Assembly (NCBI GenBank): GCA_964426185.1
Contig: CAYRPF010000004.1
Coordinates: 1,444 to 33,443, forward strand
Direction of reading: 5' to 3'
DNA: 32,000 bases
From: an uncultured archaeon
Lineage (GTDB): Archaea; Asgardarchaeota; Lokiarchaeia; Sigyniarchaeales; Promethearchaeaceae
Position numbers and translations under genes: made by a program. Under the pieces are notes generated by a model. The model did not search any database and was not told the DNA's origin. It saw nothing but the letters and a program-made list of their open reading frames with translations. This document shows, piece after piece, positions 17,948 to 26,185 of this stretch (its first letter is position 1; each line of letters opens with the position of its first letter).

Positions 17948-18655
17948 CTAATTTAGGGAATTTTTCGGAAATATTAAGTAAATTGCATAAAGATAGAAAA
18001 TATAAGACCCCAATAACAACCATTCCCACAGTGGAAGATACATCATAAAAATGAATATTTTCCAGAAATAATAAAGCCAGTAAAATGTGAAAGCAGTTAA
18101 AAAACCTAACATAACTAAATCTGTAATAAGATAGATAAGAACCAATTGCCAAATTTTTATCCAACCTTTTCCATCTTTAATTGTTTTGATGAGAGTATAC
18201 ATATTGAAGGAAAATGCTGTAAAAAATCCAAAAAAGGCTAACCCTGCAAAAAGATAATGAATAATTCCAGAGTCTTCAGAAAAAATTCCAACTCCGATTA
18301 CACCGATGGCGGAAAAAATGAGGATGATGGTGAAAATATATGTGGTTATTCTTGCAATTGAGCGTAACTGCTGAAAAAGAAAAAAAATATAAGGAATTAT
18401 ACCAATACCTGCTACAACCATTCCGAATCTCCAAAAATAATGTCCAATTGGGTTTTTCAAGGTGTTTCCTAAACTACTTACGCTCATTCGAAGAAATTGA
18501 TATTGTCCCGGAAAAGACCATAGTGCATATCCATAAGAACAAAGCAAAATAATTAAAAGAATGAAAAGAAAGATTCCATATGTATGTTTATGGCTTTTTC
18601 CGGTTAAGAAATTTGTAATTGATTTAATAAAATTGCGTTGGGAAGTCGATTGCAT
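17948..18655 (-). CDS. DUF998 / Frag1-like membrane protein, paralogue of 17165-17935
   Basis: SVSSLG...NPIG, GVGIFSED..IHYLFAGLAF and PLWEW motifs; about 6 TM. Confidence 0.65.
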   Translation of the reverse strand: MQSTSQRNFIKSITNFLTGKSHKHTYGIFLFILLIILLCSYGYALWSFPGQYQFLRMSVSSLGNTLKNPIGHYFWRFGMVVAGIGIIPYIFFLFQQLRSIARITTYIFTIILIFSAIGVIGVGIFSEDSGIIHYLFAGLAFFGFFTAFSFNMYTLIKTIKDGKGWIKIWQLVLIYLITDLVMLGFLTAFTFYWLYYFWKIFIFMMYLPLWEWLLLGSYIFYLYAIYLIFPKNSLN

Positions 18656-18736
18656 AGATTTTGTTCACTTAATTTATCATAAATAAAATCTTTTGGAATT
18701 AGGATATTTCTGAGAATTTATATTGGATTTCAAATT

Positions 18737-20992
18737 TTATTCTTTAAAGGTAGCAAGAATACGATATAGTGGTATAAAATCATCTAATGATTCAATATTG
18801 TGATATTCAACCTTGTATTCAGGATAAGTTGCACAATATTCTTCTAATGAAAAATTTCCCAAGCCAAATAGAATAATTTCAAAATCGGGAATTTCTGAAA
18901 TATCCTTAATTAACATAGGTAAGGGAGGTAAATCATCAGGATCGGCATCAGTAAATAACATCAGCTTTCTTGGCCGGTTTTCTTTATCTGATCCCATTTT
19001 TTTTAACAACCTGCGGGTATCCTTAAGTGGTGAATTAAAATGAGAAAAATTCCCCGATTCTAGTTGAAGTTTTTCTTGCAGATTATGAATAAATGAAACT
19101 AAAACTGAAGTACTGTAGATATTTGTGTTTAGCCATTCATCTTGATTTATATTTTGTATTATTTCTTCTTTATCACTGAAAACTAGCACGGATATACGTT
19201 CATCTAACTTACGAGATATTTTTTCCAATAAATATAAATAAAAGAATAGTAAAATGCTTGAAAGGCGTGATAGCTGAGTATTTTTGGTTATCTTAACAAA
19301 AGGTGAATCTAAAGATAATTTTTGAAAGAATTTTTCTACTTTTAATGCGTCATTATAATTTTCACCTACATGAATATCTCGGGCTAATAGACTTCGAGTT
19401 AAATCAATGACCATTATTGTATCAATAGGGAGAATCCCTTCAATTTCTATCTCAATTTCTGAATTGGCAGTAACTTTTCCAATTTCTTGAGGTCCAAGTG
19501 CAGGTGAGCACGATTTAAATTTAAAAATTGCTTGAAAATCGGGATGTTCCACTTGAAGTCCAGGAAAAATTAGGTAATTTAAATAGAAGATTTTTATGCT
19601 TTCTTTTTTACTTTGGATGTTGGAAATTATTAGATTATAACTTTCTGAAGTCTGACGCCATAATTCCGCACCAAGATATAATTTTTTCAAGTTTACTATT
19701 TTTTTCATTCGTTTATTTACAGAAACTAAATCATTGCTCCTGATATTCTTTCCCAAAAGATTAGGATCAATCTCGATTGCTTCATCAGAAATATTAGCTT
19801 CAACTTGGACTTTGGAATAAGTAGAACGTGAATTTGGAACGTTTATTCTTGTTAAGGCAACCACGTCTCCATTTTTTATTCCTAAAGCCCGCGAATTTCG
19901 GAAATTTATCCGGACCTTGCCGACCATATCTGAATTTAATTTGGGCTTTAAAGTTAATTCTTTAACTTGGATGATTGGAGGTTCCATTGAATAGACGACT
20001 AATTTAGGCTCTGAAATATTAATCAATTCGTTATCTTCCCACATTTCTTTATCCATTATTATAATATCTTCTTCTGAAGCACCGAAAATTACAGGTGCTA
20101 TACCATGGTTTCGTGTGATGGGATCTTCCCATCCTAAAAAGGCACCTGGAAAAAGGTTCAATTTTTTCGCCAATTTCTCATGAATTTGAAGATTTCCTCC
20201 CAAATCTTCGTCTTGAACTCGCAATAAGGTAATCTGTGAATTAGGCAATATTTGTTGGAGTTGAGAAATTTCAATCATATCCGGATATTGTTCTAAGGAT
20301 AAATTTGCAATCGATTTTGGAATTGATTCTGGGATCGGTGAACCAATTATTTCCTTTGTATCACTATGTTTTTGTTCTTGATTTTTTGACTTTTTTTCTT
20401 GCTTTTTAGTTAATCCTTCTTGCTTTTCAATATTTATTTCTTGTAGAATTGATGTATCGTTTTTATATTCTTGAGCATTCGTAATTAGAGGTTTTTCTTC
20501 AATATCAGTTTGATCTGAATGATTTTTTTCAGTAGGTTTTCTAGAGAATTTTTCTAAGTTATCCAGGGCAGCAGAGACCTCTGTTTTTAACGACTCGGAT
20601 TCTTTTAAATCATCTGTTTTTTTGTCTAATTTTGATTTTTCTCTAATAAATTCTTCGAAAAGTTGAGCTTGGCTCTTTAACGCCGTTTCATCTACTTGAA
20701 ATTCTTGAAATCTTTCCTTCTCAGAGATAATTTTGGCAGCATTTTCGATACTAACGAACTTTGCTTGAGTGAAAGGGAGAGAATTTAAAAGTTTAGGGAG
20801 AATAACTGTTCCTTCTTCAACATTTGGGCTGATTTTCATCGGAAATATAAAATAATATTGCCAGCGTTTATTTGCTGAAATGAGTCGGATCTTACCTCCT
20901 TCTGGTAAGCCAATCTTAACTGCATCTATTTCATTCATAACACAATGGGAAAATAAGTCTAACTCGCAGAGAAATTTCAAATTAATTCTCAT
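18737..20992 (-). CDS. Multi-domain protein: repeated double-psi beta-barrel (Cdc48/VAT N-like) domains + Cdc48 domain-2-like + C-terminal vWA domain; no AAA ATPase
   Basis: DPBB-like half-repeats (MNEIDAVKIGLPEGGKIRL; IHEKLAKKLNLFPGAFL; VRINFRNSRALGIKNGDVVAL...IRSNDLVSV). Cdc48_2-like FKFKSCSP...GKVTANSEIEI. vWA elements MVIDLTRS, VLVFSD, MLFTDA and ILFGLG. No Walker A motif. Confidence 0.65.
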   Translation of the reverse strand: MRINLKFLCELDLFSHCVMNEIDAVKIGLPEGGKIRLISANKRWQYYFIFPMKISPNVEEGTVILPKLLNSLPFTQAKFVSIENAAKIISEKERFQEFQVDETALKSQAQLFEEFIREKSKLDKKTDDLKESESLKTEVSAALDNLEKFSRKPTEKNHSDQTDIEEKPLITNAQEYKNDTSILQEINIEKQEGLTKKQEKKSKNQEQKHSDTKEIIGSPIPESIPKSIANLSLEQYPDMIEISQLQQILPNSQITLLRVQDEDLGGNLQIHEKLAKKLNLFPGAFLGWEDPITRNHGIAPVIFGASEEDIIIMDKEMWEDNELINISEPKLVVYSMEPPIIQVKELTLKPKLNSDMVGKVRINFRNSRALGIKNGDVVALTRINVPNSRSTYSKVQVEANISDEAIEIDPNLLGKNIRSNDLVSVNKRMKKIVNLKKLYLGAELWRQTSESYNLIISNIQSKKESIKIFYLNYLIFPGLQVEHPDFQAIFKFKSCSPALGPQEIGKVTANSEIEIEIEGILPIDTIMVIDLTRSLLARDIHVGENYNDALKVEKFFQKLSLDSPFVKITKNTQLSRLSSILLFFYLYLLEKISRKLDERISVLVFSDKEEIIQNINQDEWLNTNIYSTSVLVSFIHNLQEKLQLESGNFSHFNSPLKDTRRLLKKMGSDKENRPRKLMLFTDADPDDLPPLPMLIKDISEIPDFEIILFGLGNFSLEEYCATYPEYKVEYHNIESLDDFIPLYRILATFKE

Positions 20993-21086
20993 GATTTCAG
21001 CCCAATTCTATTCTTGGTGATTGAAGTAAATAATGATTTCGCTTAGGAAAAAAAGAAATATCCAAAAAAAATTAAGGAGAAAAAGA

Positions 21087-21476
21087 TTATTCTTCTTTGG
21101 GATAGGTTTCACTTATTTTCTTTGCGTAAAATCTAAAAACCGCAACAGTTTTTCCAAGATCTTTAATTGAACGTGATGCACCAATTAGGAAAAATTTACC
21201 TGCTGCCGAAATAACCATAAAACTTTTTTTCCCTCTTAATACGACCTCTATTAACTGATTATATCCAATTTTTTCTACAGAATCTGTTCCACTTTGTAAT
21301 AATACTGCTCCCATGGCACATAATGCATCAGGATCTATTTCATATTCAGGTACAGCTGAGAAGGCTAATCGCAATCCTTCCTTAGTAACCAATGCAAGTG
21401 CATCTAATTCCGTATTTTGTGTTATATTCGAAAGATAGGCAGAAAGTTTTTGAGCATCATTTTCATTCAACGACAT
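21087..21476 (-). CDS. Roadblock/LC7 (MglB/LAMTOR-like) domain protein
   Basis: 129 aa with LDALALVTKEGLRLA...DALCAMGAVL...EVVLRGKKSFMVI...LG, the Roadblock consensus pattern. Confidence 0.9.
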   Translation of the reverse strand: MSLNENDAQKLSAYLSNITQNTELDALALVTKEGLRLAFSAVPEYEIDPDALCAMGAVLLQSGTDSVEKIGYNQLIEVVLRGKKSFMVISAAGKFFLIGASRSIKDLGKTVAVFRFYAKKISETYPKEE

Positions 21477-21505
21477 AGTAATTCACTTGTGAAACTTGCT
21501 TTTTT

Positions 21506-22267
21506 TCAGAAATTCATTTTTTTCAGAAATTCAATTGCAATAACCTTTTGATCCTTAACTAATACTCTGGGGGCATAACCTTCCGCGAAAAATAAGCCTT
21601 CTGGAAGGGTTGAAATTGGTTCTAATACTCTTTCTATCGATTCTTTCCCCAAAAAAGATTGCTTCTTCTCAGTAACTGAGTAGGAATGATCTCCAACAAT
21701 TACCATTTCTCTTTCAAAACCTTCTGGAATGTCTTCCTTATCCAATAATTGAATGATTTCTTCCAATTTTTCTTTTGTTGGTGTGGAAGTTGTGGTTGAC
21801 GGTGCAGAACTGGTAAATAAATGATCATTTTGACCTGTGTATAATGGACCTGCTTGTTCAATTTGATTGTATCGGGATTTTAATTTAGAAATATTACGGG
21901 ATGATGGGGGTGAATTAGCTGGTTCGCGAAATTCCAATTCTTTTCCTTCTTCACGGATTTCACGTGCAAATCCCTCGCTTGGAATTTCTTCAATTGCTTC
22001 TAAAAAGTCTGGATCTTTATTCATATCCGCTTCTTCTAATGAAATTGAGCGATAACTAAGTCCTACTTGTGATCGTATATCTTGTGAGATTCGGGCACCG
22101 TTAAATTTAGACCTAACTGAAGCATTTGAGCCAATCCATAAATAAACATTTCTCTTTTTATCATCAACAACAACGTAACATTCATTACTTTCTAGCAATT
22201 TCTTTATGGGTGTTTCTTCCTTAATCTCGTGGGCTTCTCCATTTCCCTTGACAATGAAAAGTTGCAT
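21506..22267 (-). CDS. Single gelsolin-domain protein with Ser/Thr/Pro-rich linker and unrecognised C-terminal domain
   Basis: LESNECYVVVDD...VYLWIGSNAS...A matches the gelsolin LxSxDxFILD...YVWxG motif. Confidence 0.8.
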   Translation of the reverse strand: MQLFIVKGNGEAHEIKEETPIKKLLESNECYVVVDDKKRNVYLWIGSNASVRSKFNGARISQDIRSQVGLSYRSISLEEADMNKDPDFLEAIEEIPSEGFAREIREEGKELEFREPANSPPSSRNISKLKSRYNQIEQAGPLYTGQNDHLFTSSAPSTTTSTPTKEKLEEIIQLLDKEDIPEGFEREMVIVGDHSYSVTEKKQSFLGKESIERVLEPISTLPEGLFFAEGYAPRVLVKDQKVIAIEFLKKMNF

Positions 22268-22333
22268 TTTATTACACCTTAAAAAATATTAACAGTTGAT
22301 TCGCTAAAAATCGTTGTATAATTGAAGTTACAT

Positions 22334-23938
22334 TTATAAATTGATAAATATTTTGAGAAATTTTCGAATTTCATTAATCATGTCTGTAGCAGATATTCGA
22401 TGACCTAATTTTTTATCTGATATTTCTCCTAGTTTGCCATTCATGTAGGCTGAACTTATTGCTGATTCAAATGGATCATTCTTGATTGCCAAAAAACTTC
22501 CTGATAAACCTGCTAACACATCACCAGTTCCTCCAACTGTCATGGATGCTGCTCCAGAAGTATTTAGCCTAATTTGTCGATAATTCAGATCTGATCTGTC
22601 TGATTTATTTAACTCGAGAAAACTGTTCAAAATTATATCATATTTGCCCTTATATATGTAAATTCCGCCGATTTGATGGAGTTTTGGAGCAATATGTTCC
22701 ATAAAATTATATATATCCGAAGGGACATCACGAATCTGTGGGGGTAAATATTCTAAAATTCGTTTTAATTCTCTTTGGTGGGGAGTAATGATAGTTGCCG
22801 GATTGGTTAATCTAAAGTTGTTATCATGCACCATTTGCGCAAGCACCTTAATTGCATCAGCATCAATTACTGTTGGTATTTTTTGGGCATCCAGCCAACG
22901 GATCATTTCTTGACAAAATTGAACAGTCTTTACATCATTTCCCAATCCAGGGCCGATCACCACTGAATCTGCCCATTGTGCTAATTCTTTAGCTTTAACC
23001 AGATCAGAAGTCGTAAATATCTCGCTTTTTCCAGATCTTACAATTAAATTAGGAGAAAATGCTCTAATTGTGCCATCAATACTTTTCGGGACGAAAACAA
23101 TCACTAAATCCAATCCAAATTCGATACCTGCTAAAGCTGCAAATGTAGGTGCACCCGCGTAATTCATCGAGCCTCCTATGATCAACAATTTCCCATACTG
23201 TCCTTTATGGGCTACTTTTGGTCTTGGCTTTAATGCATATATAAGATCTCCCTTTCCAACAAACAGTTCCGCTTCCAAAGGAATTCCAATAGAACGAACC
23301 GTTTTATTTGAATCGGATGATAATCCCATTTTTTCTCTGTGAAATGTCACGCGGTAATTACAATTGACTGCAATATCTGGAATTTTTCCCGTGTTCGGAT
23401 CCATTCCTGATGGAATATCTATTGACACAATGGGGATGGAACATTTATTTATCCAATGAATTGTTGAAGTGATGGGTTCTCTAACCTTGCCAGAAATTCC
23501 CGTTCCCAACAAAGCATCAACAATTAAACCGCTTTTCATTTTAACAATTTCCTTCAGAAAAGTTTCAACTTGGCTTGAATCTTTAATAATGTTTATTTTA
23601 ACTGATAATAGTAGGTTATTCAGTATTTTCCAATTTAGTAAAGCTTCTGGCGTTCGTATCTTGTGAGGACTTCCGCATAAATAAACAATTACCTTATATC
23701 CCCTAGAGGCGAAATGACGAGCAGCTACAAAACCATCTCCTCCATTGTTTCCTGTTCCACAAAAAATTAATATTGTTTCATCTTTGGAAAGATCAAAATG
23801 AGAAATAGTTGCTTCAACAACTTGAATTCCAGCACATTCCATAAGCAAATTCTTTGAAATGCTTAAATCTTCGGAATTATTATCAAATCTACCAATATCT
23901 TCAGCAGGAATACTTTGATTTGGGGGGATTGAATTCAT
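22334..23938 (-). CDS. nnr: Bifunctional NAD(P)HX epimerase / ADP-dependent NAD(P)HX dehydratase (NnrE-NnrD)
   Basis: LMECAG, GTGNNGGDG, DALLGTG and DIPSG (epimerase); HKG..G...IGGS..YAGA, IGPGLG, DADA, TPH and GGTGDVLAG (dehydratase). Confidence 0.96.
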   Translation of the reverse strand: MNSIPPNQSIPAEDIGRFDNNSEDLSISKNLLMECAGIQVVEATISHFDLSKDETILIFCGTGNNGGDGFVAARHFASRGYKVIVYLCGSPHKIRTPEALLNWKILNNLLLSVKINIIKDSSQVETFLKEIVKMKSGLIVDALLGTGISGKVREPITSTIHWINKCSIPIVSIDIPSGMDPNTGKIPDIAVNCNYRVTFHREKMGLSSDSNKTVRSIGIPLEAELFVGKGDLIYALKPRPKVAHKGQYGKLLIIGGSMNYAGAPTFAALAGIEFGLDLVIVFVPKSIDGTIRAFSPNLIVRSGKSEIFTTSDLVKAKELAQWADSVVIGPGLGNDVKTVQFCQEMIRWLDAQKIPTVIDADAIKVLAQMVHDNNFRLTNPATIITPHQRELKRILEYLPPQIRDVPSDIYNFMEHIAPKLHQIGGIYIYKGKYDIILNSFLELNKSDRSDLNYRQIRLNTSGAASMTVGGTGDVLAGLSGSFLAIKNDPFESAISSAYMNGKLGEISDKKLGHRISATDMINEIRKFLKIFINL

Positions 23939-24026
23939 AATTACTAAGAATAATGCATTCTCTTTTCTTTAAGATTCCCCTAAAAGATGGCGAAGTAATT
24001 TTACCAAAAAAACAAATCAAAAAATT

Positions 24027-24308
24027 TCAATCTTCACTATATTCGAAGAGTTCACCAAAAGCTTCTCTCTCCTCTTCGGTCATTGATTTTTCTTTTTTAG
24101 TTTCCGTAATAACCATCGTTTTTAAGGCGCGTTTCTTTTCCTTTTTATAAAAATTCCGATCTTTAACTATTTTTTTAATTTCTTTACTTTTTTGAACCCC
24201 ATTTACTTTGTCAATTGGAAAAGATTTTTTACAAACACGACAATAAAGTTCATTAGAATGCTTTTTTGGGTAAAGGAAATTATTACATACTGGACAGAAT
24301 TTCATCAT
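24027..24308 (-). CDS. RpoM/TFS/Rpb9-like N-terminal zinc ribbon protein lacking the C-terminal ribbon
   Basis: MKFCPVCNNFLYP...LYCRVC; no second CxxC pair and no QxRSADE motif. Confidence 0.75.
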   Translation of the reverse strand: MMKFCPVCNNFLYPKKHSNELYCRVCKKSFPIDKVNGVQKSKEIKKIVKDRNFYKKEKKRALKTMVITETKKEKSMTEEEREAFGELFEYSED

Positions 24309-24458
24309 ACTCTAAAGTCAACTTTTTAAAGAGCAGTTTTAATAATGGATTTCTAAATGCAAATGAGTATTTAAAGCTATTCTTTCATAAAATTGGAGAT
24401 GATATTTCTATGATTTTCATTTCCAAAAAAATTTAAAGCTCAAAAATCAAGTTCAGCT

Positions 24459-25220
24459 ATGACTCTTCCATCATTTCGAAAAAAATATTCTATTGCTGTA
24501 CATGCACATCGCGGTTATAGTGCAAAATATCCTGAAAATACTCTTCTAGCTTTTAAAAAAGCCATTGAAGCCGGCGCGGATTATATTGAGCTTGATGTTC
24601 ATGAAAGTTCCGATTCTCATGTAGTCGTTATACATGATAGCTCAACCGGCCGAGTAGCAGATTCTAATTTGGAAATATCCCAATCTACCCTTGAAGAAAT
24701 CAAGAATCTTAATCTGCCAGAAAACCAGAAAATTCCCACTTTGCGCGAAGTATTTGAGTTATGCCAAGGTAAAATTGGGATTAACATCGAAATTAAACAA
24801 GCCGGCATTACTTCACATATTAACGACCTCATTCAAGAATTTAAAATGGAATCTGATGTGATTATTTCTAGCTTTTTACATGAGGAATTAGTGAAATTCA
24901 AGAGGATTAATCCGAATTTAATTTACACCACTCTTGAACCGACTGGTGGTAATATTTGGGCATATATGAAGGCACTTTTCCATACTCGCAAATTTCTGAA
25001 TAATACTGTGGCTGTCGGTGCTCAAGGGACTAATCCTTTCTATAAATACGTTACAAAATCATTTTGTCAAAACGCACATGAATTAAATATTATTGTGAAT
25101 CCATGGACCATTGATTCTCCCAAAATATGGGCTAAACTTATAAAATCGGGTGTGGATAGCATTATCACCAATGATGCACCTGGCCTATTGGAATATTTAA
25201 AGAAGTATCACCCAGAATAA
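24459..25220 (+). CDS. Glycerophosphodiester phosphodiesterase (GDPD, UgpQ/GlpQ-like, no signal peptide)
   Basis: AHRG, PENT, IELDV, VVIHD, IPTL, NIEIK, WTID and GVDSIITN motifs. Confidence 0.95.
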   Translation: MTLPSFRKKYSIAVHAHRGYSAKYPENTLLAFKKAIEAGADYIELDVHESSDSHVVVIHDSSTGRVADSNLEISQSTLEEIKNLNLPENQKIPTLREVFELCQGKIGINIEIKQAGITSHINDLIQEFKMESDVIISSFLHEELVKFKRINPNLIYTTLEPTGGNIWAYMKALFHTRKFLNNTVAVGAQGTNPFYKYVTKSFCQNAHELNIIVNPWTIDSPKIWAKLIKSGVDSIITNDAPGLLEYLKKYHPE

Positions 25221-25267
25221 CTCATAACTCATAAGATATTTTAGGGAATATTCATAGTTGCTTATCA

Positions 25268-26140
25268 ATGACTAACGGGGAACAAAAATACTATTCTGCT
25301 GAAGAATTGGCTGAAAAATGGGAAAATAACCAAGTTGCACTACCGAAAATTCCTTTTTTTTTGATTAATCTTTATCAATTTATCATGCCCCTTGTTGTGG
25401 TTCTTTTTTTCATTGCCCTTGTCATCTGGATTTATGATTATTTCCAAATATACATGTGGATTCAAATTTTACTGGGACCAATAGTTTTTATGTGCTCATT
25501 TTTCCTCTTGATTTGGTCAATGTCTAAGTTTTGCCGATTGTTGAATGCTTATTACGATAAAAAAAGCCCCCCGAGGGAAGGGCTTTATTCGCGTGAATTC
25601 GATCATAAAAATGTGGTCGACCCTGCAGTGCATTACTACCATTTACGGGGTTTTATGTATAAATGGCCTGTTTGGGTCTCAAAAAAGTCAATGTTTCCTT
25701 GGATGGTAAATTTTGTTCTTCGAGATATGGCTGGAAACCAAATTCACAAGAATTTTTATTATGGTGATGCATATGTGTGCTTAGAATTTTCAGATTTAGG
25801 AGATGGGGCAGCTGTAGAAAATGGTGCAGTGATCTCGAGTCATGTTGTTGATAGTATTTTTGGAAATCTGACAGTAAAAAAGGTCACCTTGGAAAAGAAT
25901 GCCGTTCTCAACACTACAGCGGTAATGGCTCCAGGCACTACTATAGAACAAAATACTGCAGTAGGTCCACGGTCTTTTTTGCCCAAAAACTGGAAGATCA
26001 CCTCTGAAAAATCCGAATTTACTTATGGTATTCCCGCAAAGTATTCGGATTATAGAAATTTCTTTGACCTTCTACCAGAAAGATTTCAGAAGCAATGGGA
26101 AAAAAAGAAATTAGAAATGGAAGGAAAATTGAAAAATTAA
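25268..26140 (+). CDS. Membrane-anchored left-handed beta-helix (hexapeptide) acyltransferase-like protein
   Basis: Two N-terminal TM helices, then LGDGAAVENGAVISSH...VTLEKNAVLNTTAVMAPGTTIEQNTAVGPRS...GIPAK. Confidence 0.75.
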   Translation: MTNGEQKYYSAEELAEKWENNQVALPKIPFFLINLYQFIMPLVVVLFFIALVIWIYDYFQIYMWIQILLGPIVFMCSFFLLIWSMSKFCRLLNAYYDKKSPPREGLYSREFDHKNVVDPAVHYYHLRGFMYKWPVWVSKKSMFPWMVNFVLRDMAGNQIHKNFYYGDAYVCLEFSDLGDGAAVENGAVISSHVVDSIFGNLTVKKVTLEKNAVLNTTAVMAPGTTIEQNTAVGPRSFLPKNWKITSEKSEFTYGIPAKYSDYRNFFDLLPERFQKQWEKKKLEMEGKLKN

Positions 26141-26151
26141 ATTTTCTCTAT

Positions 26152-26185
26152 GCGTACGCGTAAACCCCATATGCATGGGGGTTTA
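26152..26185. terminator. GC-rich hairpin/palindrome cluster between convergent genes
   Basis: TAAACCCCAT-ATGC-ATGGGGGTTTA stem with one bulged G at 26161-26185, preceded by palindromes GCGTACGC and TACGCGTA. Confidence 0.45.

Noticed and set aside
18737-20992. Cdc48/VAT AAA ATPase or its pseudogene
   Set aside because: No Walker A/B motifs; the ORF continues intact into a vWA domain.
18737-24308. Split Sec23/24 homologue (Zn finger + vWA + gelsolin on separate genes)
   Set aside because: The ribbon is RpoM-type and separated by nnr, and the vWA is preceded by Cdc48-N-like domains rather than the Sec23 zinc finger, so the resemblance is likely coincidental.
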